Origin: Kudoa neothunni
Lineage: Eukaryota > Animalia > Cnidaria
Direction: 5' to 3'
Length of the DNA: 64,000 nt
Assembly (NCBI GenBank): GCA_964304625.1
Contig: OZ199838.1
Coordinates: 8,949,537 to 9,013,536 of the forward strand
Shown piece by piece: positions 36,321 to 49,258 of the stretch. A program made the translations under genes and the position numbers. Numbering within the stretch: position 1 is the first letter of the stretch; each line of letters opens with the position of its first letter. The notes under the pieces are model-generated. The model searched no databases. It had not been told where the DNA came from and worked only from the letters and a program-made list of their open reading frames with translations.

Positions 36321-38750
36321 TGTCTTAATAATTATGTGTAATATATTTAGAATGTATTCCCCCAAGAAAATTACTATTGTGCTCTTTCATACCAACATGA
36401 CCTAGGATATTTATGTATCTTGCTTCTCCATGTTAACCAAATCCAGTTGATAACGAAGTTAATTCCCTACAGAATATATCACACGTTAATAGCCCACCAT
36501 GTGTGTTCATATTTACAAATTCTATGATACTTGCCGTTTTAATTCTGTCTCTATATAGATTGTTTTAAGAGCGAGGGGATGTGATGGATATTCTTTTCCA
36601 GTTGACACTCTTCACATGCACGGCATTAGACCTTATATTTACAAACACAATGAAAAATTTTTAAATTTAATCTTTTCAATATATATGCTTACATACCAAA
36701 GTCAAAAAATATTAAATCAATAAATTTTACACCATAGTAACTTAAAAAATCACAGGGTAAAATGAAATCATCCCTAAAAATCCCGTCTCAGATCAAACTG
36801 GTCGCCCGTAAGCGTCAAATTCATGAGATACCCCCAATTCTGGGATTTAATGTACTAAAATGTCTTATTCTCTAGTGAATTCTAGCATTCATAAAAAACG
36901 TGCACTTTTACTAAATCATTGTTTTATTTGATTGCGCATTGAAAAAGTTTTCATTAATTTATATGCACAGATAAAATAAATACTTATGAACAAGTCTATT
37001 TCCGGTTCAGCATTTGTGACAAGGCTGACTTTGCTATGTATTACCGATAACTGATTTAATTGCATTTAGATTTTTCCGTATTGGATAGAATTTTGTTAAT
37101 TATTTTAATTCCTCGTTAAAATATTTTGGAATATTAAAATAATTTTTTTAAAGCAATATTGGCAAAAATATTTTGTACTTATAAAGAAATGTATTTAACT
37201 CAAATTTATGGGCATTTTTTTAAAAAGTTTAAACCATCCTGAAACTCCAATATAGTATTATATTACAAAAAATTATTTAAAATATTAAAATGTGTAACAT
37301 GGGTTATTAATCTGAATTTTTTATATAAGTATGTATAAATATAATAGTGGCCATATGTTTCGGTGTGTTCGCACAAATCTTCTTCTTGCACAGGGACTTT
37401 AATAAGAATTTTATTTATTACAATATGAAGGGTAGTATAATTATTCATGCTGAATAATAAGGAAAATAAAAACCCAATGTAAGTGCATACGCGCGTGGTG
37501 TACATAGCTCCGAGGGGATTGCGTATTATCGATTACCTACTGTAATTTATATATATATATATATAAGCTAATTAAATTATCTTACTTTTAAAAAATCTTT
37601 TGTTTATACTTAACATTTTTTTAAAACAGTGAATGTTTGGAGAGACCAATCCTCTTATTTTTAGCACGAGCAATCTCTTCACAAGAACAAATATTGACTT
37701 TTAACTTTTTCCAGAATTTGAAGACAATAGAATTAAGCATTAACGGTACAAATAAAATTTGGACAATATAGTTTTAAGTTATTGCATATTTTTAGGTTAA
37801 ATAAATTGTGTCTATAATATCCAAGAATGTTTATTTACGATAATATCAAGAACACATTAAAAATATTGCAAAAGATAGATGATACAATTAAGAATAAAAA
37901 TTAAAAGAAATTAAAAAGTGATATTGTTCATTTTATAGAATACATATGATAATTCCAGAAAATTTAAAAACTAATTTTCTTTTTCTCAAATTTATCTGTA
38001 GTTTAACGATCTAATATTAGTAATAATTATTTCGTGATATTTAATAAAATAAAACCAACAATGAAAGAACAAACATATGAACAAATATCATATAGAGAAT
38101 AGAATTGCATCTATTTTGAAATATTAAAATTATAATCATATTATTTATTGCTTCTCTAAGAATAAAGTTTATGTACTGAAATTCACCACAGACCACATTT
38201 TACTAAAGCGTTTTTCTTTATGTTTTCTGTGGTTAAGTTACTCGCGAAATATACATAAAAAGAATTTATTCAATAAATTGAAAATCCATGATTAGCTGTT
38301 TATTTAAATAATAATTATTAAAATTTTCACACCGTAATATCATTTTATTAGTGTTTTTTATCGAATACTTTTTCCATAATGTCATTATATCATTATAAAG
38401 TCACGCAATACATTAGTTAGACTTAAGTGGAGGTTGAAAACCAAACGAATACAATTTTAAAGCATATACACTACTTTATATCGCAATATAATTACAAAAA
38501 TTATAATTTATAGGTCATATTTGAATGTTTTTTTATAAATTTTAGGTCCTGACAAAGCCAGGTTTTTCGTAGGTATTCCTGTTACATATTTAATTACTTT
38601 TTCGTGTTATTTAATTGATAAAATAATTGTTTAAAATTTTCTATACATTTTCCCAATTTTTTGTGTTTTATTATTTTATAATTAAAACGAGAGCCAAGAT
38701 CTAAGATTATTCTTGTTGTTAACAAAGTGACCGCGCAGTCATAGATTTAA

Positions 38751-39978
38751 ATGTGGTTCCTTAGGTGGAAGTATTCTCAAATTAGTTTCGCTGCTCTGAA
38801 TAGAGTGTATGGCATACCTAAATTTTGTAGAAGTATTGCGACTCCAATCGACCTTACAAATCATCCAAAAGAAAACTTCACCCCAAGGGTGGTAAAATTA
38901 AGATTTCTGATTGCTGTTGGCTTATTAGGTGTTTACGGCTACAGTAAATACCTATCGTTAAAAAAAATAGACGATCCAGATATACCTGTAAAATTTATAT
39001 ATCAGCTAGAGGAAGCACAAGTTAATTTTGGGATTTACCGCAAGGATCCAATCGTTTAATTTGATCATTTTTATTAGCGACTGATCCGGTTAGAAAACTA
39101 CGATGAAGCAACCGAACAATTAAAATTAGTGCTTGAACTGAGACAAAAAATCGGCGAAGATTGCGCTTTTATCTATTACGTCAAAAAGTCTCTTGTAGCC
39201 ACATCGATAATGGTTTGGATAATTTTAGTTTGGATATTTTTTATTTATTACAACCTAGATGGGAAATCTATGTTACAGAAAGGGGCTTATTGATAGGGTA
39301 AATAAATGAAAAATAACATTTTATATTTTTCCTAGGCTATTGGATTCTATAAAGACGCTTACAATGGACAAAAACAAATTGATAGACCTGTATTATCTAA
39401 AATGTCGTTATTTTTTATTCTCAATTCTTAATTAGGATTCCAATGAAACCGTACATATATTGTTAAAATTAGCAAAATCTTTAAAAACAAATAAAAAGTT
39501 TACCATTTTTGATAAGCGATTTTTTACAATTTAATAGATATAGAGAAGCTCAACAAGTTTATCATAATTGTTTGACTAACCTGAGTTCACATGCACTCGA
39601 ACATGAAGATGATAAGGCCCTTCTTTCTTATTCGATATTAAAATATGGAGAATTTCTAGCTTTTCTTGGAAGGCACGATGCCGCTCTAAATCAACTTAAT
39701 AAAGTTTTATCAATTATACAGGATTTGCCTTCTTTTTCTACTCATGAAGTAATTTTTTATTATAAAACAATTTATGACCGACTTGATTTTATTAGATTGT
39801 TTATGTTAGGAGCATTATTGCAAGTGTGTTAGTTGACGCTAGAAGAATAGATGAAGCTATATCTTTGATTGGCCAGCTATTGGATCAATGTCAAAGTGAA
39901 AATTTTGAAAGAATCTATATCGATACTCTTTTGTATAACATGGCATATGTTGAATGTTTGAAAGAAAAAATTACATAA
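38751..39978 (+). CDS. Mitochondrial TPR-repeat protein, TTC19-like (7 exons)
   Basis: Basic N-terminal targeting-like peptide and hydrophobic segment, then TPR-like helices (ENYDEATEQL, MGNLCYRKGLIDRAIGFYK, YREAQQVY, YGEFLAFLGRHDAALNQL, RRIDEAISL). Six GT-AG introns of ~40-60 nt keep one frame to TAA at 39976-39978. The TTC19 assignment is by architecture only. Confidence 0.75.
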
Positions 39979-42241
39979 CTTGTGTATTTAAACTGGTCCT
40001 TTAATATAGTTTGGAATTTTTCAGCAACTTATCAGAAACTGGCTTTTCGCGCCTTATTTAACCCTCCGAACCTCTTGGGGTCGTAATTCAATCAATGATT
40101 TTCTCCCTCATAACTTACTTTCATTTGCTAAATATCCTATCTATTCTTTTATATTGATCGATTATTTTGGAAGACTATTAATTTTTCTTGAACAATTAAG
40201 GGATGGTTATGTCTCAAATACCTGACCCCTTGAAGTCGAAATAGACCCCAAAGATTTTTACATATAAATTTAGTAATAGTTTATTCTGTATTATTTTAGT
40301 TAATTTAAAAAAATAACGACATAATTTAACCAATTTGCGTGTGCGAACATTGACCAACTCTTGTGGCAATTTTGAGGCTTAGATTGCGACTTCTCGCTAA
40401 AATAATAACGCGGAAAGCTTTTCCATCGTAGGTAAATTAAAGACTTAATCTAAATACAATAATTACCGTCTGTTTCTAATAATTCTGACATTATATCAAC
40501 AGACCTCTTACTGGAAAAAATAATAACATATGGAGCAGATCCCTCCTAGAACAACAAACATATGAAAACAAAACATATTAAATCCACCTCCTTGTATAAC
40601 AGTCTACGCTTATCAATAATAAAAACCGTTCCAGATAGTTTAACATATTCTTTACTTATCAACTGTTATTACAATTACCCATATGGCCTATAAATTTGGC
40701 CGTTATCACTACGGTTCTTCTTGTGATGATGTCTATCTGAATGAGTTTTTTTCATACGTTAACATATTGATTTACATGCTATTTTTTATAAAAAATGTAT
40801 AATCTTTGGAGATGTTTTGAATCCTTGATAGGGATCGTGAAAATTTTTTAGACCAGTTATGTTTTAAAATAATAAACACAAATCAAACACTCGCTTTACT
40901 TAGACGATCTTGATGCGAGAGGAAAGGAGAAATATTTTGTGCCTTGTGAAATATATTTTACTGAAGTTTGTCTATGATATGATAGTAACACTATATATAG
41001 TAGAATCCACTTATTAATTATTCGCTATTTTTATTTCAGCTTTCTATGGACATGTTAAATTAAAGTTTAGGAACATTAAAAAATTACTCGCCTAGAGGTA
41101 GATGATATGTTTTAATATAATGATTAATTTCAAAGAATTTCAACTATAAAAAATTTGTTGTTATAAACGATTAAAACCCAAAGAGGGAGTTAATAAAAAT
41201 ATATAAATGGATGAAAAATCCATATATCACTTATAAAGTGAGAAAATTAATTTTTATTAAAATTTCAATCACCATATATTAACTACGTTTTATATAATAT
41301 TCTTTAATTAGAATATTACATTCTCGAAACTTAACAACGACTTAAACTGCAAAGATTGAACCAAAATATGCATTCGGGAAAATAACCGAACAATTAGCTA
41401 TACACTATATAATTTTGTATATTGTAACTTACTGGGAACATTAATTAATATTTAAAATGCCATGTAATTAATTAAAATACTATTGAAATTGAAATTTGTT
41501 GATTATACAGGATTTTGTATTGAGATCTTTATCGACCCCAAAACTGCCAAGTATATAGTATATTTTGAGGCACTAGGAAGGTTAATTGGAAGCGACTATT
41601 CTTTTGATCCATAATATTCAGGTAGGTCTAGTTTTGATTATATTTAATTAATTCAGTTCAACACTTCGCTCTTATGAACCGTTGGTAATTAAAAATATCA
41701 GATTTAACAAATCTAATGGCGTATATCATACATAAATTGAAATTGTTAGGATAATAAATGTGTACCGCGTCAAGCGTACACTCTATATAGTATTAAATTT
41801 AAATGTAAAGGCAGCCACAATCCATTGGGTACGTCTAGATTCTGAGTAAATTTCTAATTGTTATCTATTTAATAATTTACTTTAAAACAAAATATTCTTT
41901 GTATCAAGGAAACTGCAACGAGAATTTATTTCAAAAGGTAAACAAAATTCCCTCATAAATAATAGCCGAGAAAAAAATGGCTCAATCAAAAAATTAATCG
42001 CTAGGAATAGATTAAAAATCAATAAATATAACAAATTTTCAGATTTACTCAAACAATAATATCTATGGCATTTATAATGGACATTCGAAAATATTACCTA
42101 AATTTTACATCGAATAGAATCACTTTAGATCTTTATAAGTTGAGCAGTGGATATGTGAAACAATAATACTAAGCGCATAAAAGTTTAATCTAATTATTAA
42201 CAGCACTTGGAAAGATAAAATCAAGATATTGTAAAAAATGT

Positions 42242-43373
42242 CTAAATTATATTTTGTTCCAAACAATATTGTTCAATATTTGACAAATCGGTTTGAGGTT
42301 CATATACTTCTAAAGATTCCCACAAGGCCTACAATTATGTAAGTGGGCGGTTATCTGATTGTAAATTCAATTATATTCTCACTTTGAAAATGGCTGGATT
42401 GTCAAAGTTATTTTGTGAGGTTTGAACCGTTGGCATCATTGGATTGGACCCTATTTAATAATTATTTTTCATAACTGAATATATAAAGTTCGCACAATAA
42501 AACCAATTTATTGGAAATTCAATGCAATAAAATTGCCTCAAGATGTTAACACACGATGAAAACTTTATTTCGATAAAACATAAAATAAATATGACTCGCA
42601 TTTCTTACCAGCAACAAAACTGTCACACTCGCACAAATACGTTATAATGTCTTGAGTACCAAAAAGTGCCAAAAGATACCAAGAAACCGAGCTCACCCTG
42701 AAATTAAGATGACTCTCAATAGGTAACCACAAAAAATATCGTACCAAGAAGGATCCAAGTCTACTCCTTCAATGCTGCTCTGAAGCATAGCTCTAAAGTT
42801 GTTATTGAGTGAGAAAGGAACTCTAGCTATATGGAATTATTGGAGAGACAGATGAGATTGGGTTATTACTGGCAATGAATCCAGAAAACATATAATTGAT
42901 AATCGCACCAATGATTATCATAGGCATCATGCCAATAGTGGAACCTTTGAGCATATCCATAGCAGCGTTCGGATCTTGAAAAGGAGAAGGGGTAACGGGT
43001 TGGGTGCTTCCATCAATGAAACTCGATAGATATCCACAGTTAGTATCATTAAATTGATATCTTCTCAGTTCCAATGACTAAGAATCAATCAATTCGAAAT
43101 CGAAAACATAATTCAATCCAATCTCTACCTTTTTACCAAGCATATAACCATTGTTAAGGATATTATTAATTCGTTGAATCATTGAGCTTGAATAAAATTA
43201 TGTATTATTCAGATTTAAAATTATTACATCTTTTGAAGTTCAGCGTATGTTAATTTTTTCTTATTTTGAATTCCCTCAAGAAGGTAATTTCTCACTAAAC
43301 TGACCAGAACGGCAATAATTGCGATTGGAACAATAACCCAAAATCTTATTTCATCATCGATAACCAAAAACAT
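42242..43373 (-). CDS. EMC3: ER membrane protein complex subunit 3 (TMEM111), 7 exons
   Basis: MFLVIDDEIRFWVIVPI..., DPNAAMDMLKG..MIIIGAIINYMFSGFIATRVPFSL..FRAMLQ..DLDPSWVSSVSWY, FKALWESLEV. All introns GT-AG. Confidence 0.93.
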
Positions 43374-44855
43374 GGTGGTGACGATTTTAGCGTGTTTTAG
43401 GGTCGATCACTTCCAACTTCGAAGTATAGCGATTACTCACGATAAAATTATTATGTTTTGGTTCAACTTATTAAGCATCCTCCTTTCATTTTTCTATCAA
43501 TCAAAAATTTTAAAAATCTGTAAAATAATTAATTACCCTAATTTTCGAACTGATAATATCACCATGAGATGTGTCAAAAGTTTAAGAATTCAGATTCAGG
43601 TTGATATCAAATTATATTAGACTATTGATTTTACCTATTATTATTTTTGTTTTTTTATATATAATTTAATGTCTAAAGTAGTAATTTAGCAACAAGGGAT
43701 TATCTTATCCACTTAAAATAAAAAATTAGAAAAAAACAATGCTTTATAATTATGTTTTCATACATTTATGAATAATCGATTTTAAGTGACGTTTTGACCA
43801 CTATATTAATATAAAAAAATCCTTACTTTCAACAAATTCCATCCCCATAACTCTAATTTTCATTCAATAATGAAGAAAAGTTTATCTTGTTGCAATTTAA
43901 AATTCGTTTATAATTTCACTTTGAATATCACCTAAAACGTGTAGGTCGAAATCATTTCTTAATGGATAGCTCGTTTGTCTTTCTCCAAAATAGAAATTCT
44001 GGTATAAGGATACAAGAATGATTCTGGAGCTATGGCTTCAAGTGAATAATTTCAATAATGACAGATAAAACTTGTTTGTTATAGGCGTTATTATAAATCT
44101 GCGGTAAAATCTATCGAGTTAGTTCTCATTGAAACAGTTTGTGACTTTTTTGGAGTCTCGTCAATATAAGCTGTCGTTTAATTTAGGAATGGTAACTTTT
44201 CACTGCGATCTCTAATATACTCCTGACTTTACTAAAACTCGTGGTCTACATTGAGTGGGTACTGCCGACAATATTATCAATGGTGTAGCTTTTATTTTTT
44301 TATATTAACTCCAAATGTTTTATTGAATTGTATTTTTTATTTATTATATGTGTATTATGAAGGTTTTTGTCAACCATACATACAAATCAAATAGAAATAA
44401 TGCCTGCACGCGTTTTTAAGGCCAATTTCAAGGAAGATGATGCGTATTGCCCATCAATGCTTTCAAATATCAACATTTTATAGAATTTTTATCAGAAAAT
44501 TCAATTTTTTTAAATGTAAAAATTCATCTAGATTAAATTAATAAACGTAAACTTAAGTGATGTGTTCAACAAGTAGTAAATTCTTTGTGAGAAAGCAAAA
44601 GTGCGTATTAGCCGTCACCAACTGTATATAGTAGATAGTAGATTTTTTATTTAATGAAAATTCATATGTATAATATAATAATGTGTATACAAATAAAGAA
44701 ATGAATAAAATTTGAAAAATTGAGTTTTACTATGTAAGAAAATTAAAAGTTATTCATCTGTGAACTTTTTCATTTTTGACTGGCATCTCAAATATTTAGT
44801 TTTCCTTCGAATTATATCCTAAATTTATTTTGTTAGTTTCATTTTATCAGTGATT

Positions 44856-46479
44856 TTAGTTATACCAACACAAAAACCAATACGAAGTACATTCCCTTTT
44901 CACATCCTTAGAGGTTGGATTAGATCCAGCATGGGCCGACTTCAAATCATCATCAGTAGATTTGGTATCAACGTCAACAACTGTTAGCCCTTCTTTACTT
45001 AAAGAACCATTTGGTTCCATAGTGTTCTCTTCTCTGATAACTTGAGTTCCTGGATTATTATCGACATGCTGCTCAACGACTCGAGTGGGTTCCTTACCGG
45101 AATCGCCACTATCATCAACAGTGGCGGCAGTCAATGGCGTTTTGCAAATTGCTAAGCATGCTCCTTCGTTTTCAAAGTTATTCAAGTTCATTTCTTTTCC
45201 GTTAGATATAAATTTCTGACAAGTCTTTGCATTATCGCCAGATGTTTCGTAGTAAAATCGATCTATTTTGTATACATCATTATCACTAGCAACTCCAATC
45301 TTTGGTTGGTTACACACATCAACACCTTTAAGTTCACCAACGTGAGCAGCTATTTTTAGAATTTTAATGTCGTTATTAAGTATTGAACTTTTCTTGATAG
45401 AGAAATACTTGCAGGACAAAAACTTGCGCATAGTTCGACTGAGCTAAATATATTATTTTCACCGTCGTTAACTTTGACGGTTTGATTAGGTGGTAAAGTC
45501 AAAAAAGGGAGGCAAGCTTTTCTTGTTTTGTTAAAATAATAATATTCTTTTAATATGGTTTGATCAATAACTTTATTTTGAGGTGGCAATTGGTAGGGGC
45601 TGGTTGCATTGCAAGCAGCGACGTAGTTAGCTATGTGCGATTATGACAAAGATCTTAATACAATGAGTACTTATGCATGTATCTACGCATGTTGGTAGAT
45701 CATCAAAATAACCTCTTTTGGCATCCATACCCACAGCGGCATAAACACATTTCTTTTTGTCTTTATGGAGGATAATTCCCATTTTTGGCGTTTCGTTGTC
45801 TATTTCTGCTGAAAAAAGACAATCAAACTCATTAGGGACTTTTGTCAATTCTTCATCCCTAGTTTCACCATCAACAAAACCGTTTCTTTTATCTTAAAGG
45901 ATTTATAAACAATTCGTCCTCAAATTATATATGCTTACTTTGGCATGCATTTTTACATTCAGTTTCGTTTTCAAAATTATTGGCGTTCCCACCACATCCA
46001 CTGTATTTAAATTCGTGACAAGAGTTTTTAGCACCACCGTTGACAGCAGATTTGGAGTAAAACCATCTAACCAATTTATTTCCCCCAGGTGAATTACACA
46101 AACCTGGGGATTTTTCTAATTTACACGCATTTGACTTTTCTTCCGGTGTGAATTTAACTAGTAGTAGCATCAATCAATGTAAATAACATATTAATTACGA
46201 TGGTTCTCACATACCGCTTTCGACACAAAATTGTTAAAATTTCCAAGGGACCCCAGATATTTAAATGGTTTGCATTTGGCGGTATTAACGTCGACATACC
46301 ACCTATCAATTACAGCTGCATCTTGTTGCTCTTTATTCATCCAGGAAGGAGGAGCACCGACATCCAATTTATAAGAATCCAAAACTCGTTCTACAATAAA
46401 ATAATTATTACTTATAATAAATATTGAGATAACCGAGTGAAATAGTTGTTATAAAAGAAAAAATTATCCAAATAATCAT
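44856..46479 (-). CDS. Secreted five-domain Kunitz/BPTI-like protein with an acidic linker and a C-terminal Cys loop (6 exons)
   Basis: Signal-like exon MIIWIIFSFITTISL, then five phase-1-bounded exons each with a Kunitz-like domain. Domain 2 is canonical (C..PGLC..RWFY..C..FKYSGCGGNANNF..EC...C). Confidence 0.88.
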
Positions 46480-49222
46480 TGTCTAGAAAATAATTACTTT
46501 AATCAAATCAGGCTCGTATTTTCACGAAGAAATATTTTGTAATTAAGAATAATATATATCAATTGATACATAAATGTACCATATTAAATTGGATAATACT
46601 ATTATCTTATTTATGACTTTAATTTTCGGTAAAGGAAAAATCGTCATAAATGTAAAATTCAACAAATTTAAATTCAGCGCATATTATAAATAAAATTTTG
46701 TTGATAAATCTTTCTTGTAATGATATAATTAATTCGATAACATTATATTCTATATTTTAGATATTCTAATAACCTTTCGAGATTATTGTCAACAATTCAT
46801 ATCTTTCATGAGCAAAGCCTTTACGGCAGAAATTAAATGTTTAGAAATGACTCAAATATGAGATCATATAGCAAAATATTATTTTATGAATAATTCTTAT
46901 AATAAATAAAACGTACAAATTTACATGTAATGGTTTAAACATAGGTCATAGTTATCTAAGCATAAAGTATTACTACCTAGCGCAAAATCCCAGCTTTGCG
47001 TGATGGTGTATGATGGGATTTTTAAAGTCTACGAGGTTTTTAAATCGAAAAATCCCAAACGAAACCTGCTTAAATAATAAGTTAAAAAAATTAAATATTT
47101 ATTCTCCTCTGCCTGGATAAGTTTATGTTTGTTGCTATTTTTTGAACCTTAACCAATGGCATTAATCCAACTATGAATAGCTTTACGATGCAACCTCGGA
47201 GTTCGATCATAAATTTCGTGTCAGAAACATTTTTGAATTCGAACACATAGAAAGGGTATTCAGAGCAACTCCAGTCGGAGCAAAAAACGGACGGGAAAAG
47301 AAATTCTAGAAGGAGATTTGCTCAATCAAGTTTTGAGAACGTCACCGTAAGATAATCCTGTATAATCTAACGTATGAAGACCAAAGAATATTTATCACAT
47401 GTAACAAGTGTATTATAAGGGTAATAATCCACCAATAATATACACGATCGAGAACGGATCGGTATGGCACCACCGCGTTTTAATGCTAATAACGCAGGTT
47501 CAAATCCCAATTCTGAGTTTGTGTGACATCGTTTATCCCACTTTTATTATTATATTTAATGTTTATTTGTTATATATTTATAAACACAATGCATGCTTGT
47601 TTTTTAATAAATAACAATAAAAATAGTCATTCATTTGATGAGCGGAACGGATTAAATCAATTTTCATTATTTTACATGGGAAAAATTGTTTCAAAATTCG
47701 AACATACTTCTAGAACGGATTATGGTCGAAGTCCGAGGTTGCACTGTATATAAAAATGTACATGGAAGAATACTAAAAAATTAACTGTTATTATTAAATT
47801 TATATTACATATTATTGAAAATAGATGACATTTAATGTGTAAGCTAAATTCCGCTGTGAATAAAGAATTAAAAAAATCAACAATCTAATGCAGTGTTCCC
47901 TGAACGGGGTGCCCGTCAGAGGTTAGGAATAATTGACTGTTGTTGGTAAAAATCAATTATTACAAATTTTCTTGAGGTATATTTTGGTAATTAATTGTTA
48001 ATGTTTGCAATTCAAACTAAATCTAACTCAATATTCTAAAGATATTTTGATCAATAAATTGTATAAAACATGTAAGGTTTACATTAAAATAGTCAAACCA
48101 AAACGAATAAAAATGATTGAATCTAGATTTTATTTATTAAATGTATCGGTCTTTAATATTAATAATTGAAATTAAACTTGTTATTAACTATAGTTTCATT
48201 ATAATCATTATTTGTTCAATAAAATTATAAATATCTTATGAATCCTAAAATCAAACTAATAAAATGACGCAATGCGCCAGATTGTGTAAAACCCGTATTA
48301 ATGTCAATTATTTTAACGAAAACGCTTGTAATTAACGATTAATTATTTTTATTTTAGTCATTAGAATAAATATATTCATAAATTATTTTTACTATGTTTA
48401 ATCTTAATTAATCAAGGTTATAATTGATATCGTCTTACATACGCATCTATTGTAGAAAAATTAAGCATAAAATCGAGATGAAAACGTGGAAAAATAATAA
48501 ATGATACCATATTACAATCGTAATATAATAATAAAGATAAGAGTAAGCGAAAATACTTCAAATGTGTGAATTTAAAGAGATGATTTAATTTATTGTTTCA
48601 AAAATCTAGACGTTAATTAAGAATATTTTGTCGACATTGACCTTATAAATGTGAAGGGAGGATGTTTAAGGTTTTTAAAGTTGCATAAATTGATGAACGA
48701 ACCATAAAAAAATCGTATTTAATTAGTTACTTAGAAAGAATAAAAATTTATATTACAAATTTTTAGTTAAAATATTTATTAGAATATTTTAATGTTGGTC
48801 AATATTTAGGTTACAGAAAAAATTTCGTTATATATTAAAGACTTTAAGAATTAGTCATTACGATTACTCAAAATTTAGTCATGTAAATCTGGCATTGGAC
48901 ACGAAGATGCATTATCTGACCCAAATAAAGTATGAAAAGCAAAATATACTTACTCCATGGTTAAGAGAAAAATCGTTTTTTTTATAAAATATTGTTTGGA
49001 AAGTTAAAACAAATGGATGTAGATCACAATTTAAACAAGCATGAAAATCGGAAAATCATAAATCATTAAAGACATGATTTTGCAACATTTATATCACAGA
49101 TGAATGGATTAAACGATAAAAATAATTGTAATTAAGAATTTTAATTGTAATGTATTAATTAAAAGTATCATAATTGCAATTAATCATTTAACCTCAATCA
49201 ATTAATTTTTCCCACCCCTGAT

Positions 49223-49258
49223 TCCCGTATCCCCTAGGGGATACGGGAGTCATTCTAG
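49223..49258. repeat. Perfect 26 bp GC-rich palindrome followed by CTAG (Helitron 3'-end-like)
   Basis: TCCCGTATCCCCTAGGGGATACGGGA at 49223-49248, CTAG at 49255-49258. It is adjacent to an orphan hAT-like end TTTCCCACCCCTG (ends 49220). Confidence 0.6.

Noticed and set aside
37548-37566. (TA)n microsatellite
   Set aside because: Short and unremarkable in AT-rich DNA.
47450-47520. tRNA/SINE-like B box GGTTCAAATCCC with a GCGTT/AACGC stem
   Set aside because: No cloverleaf, acceptor stem or convincing A box can be built, and there is only one copy in the window.
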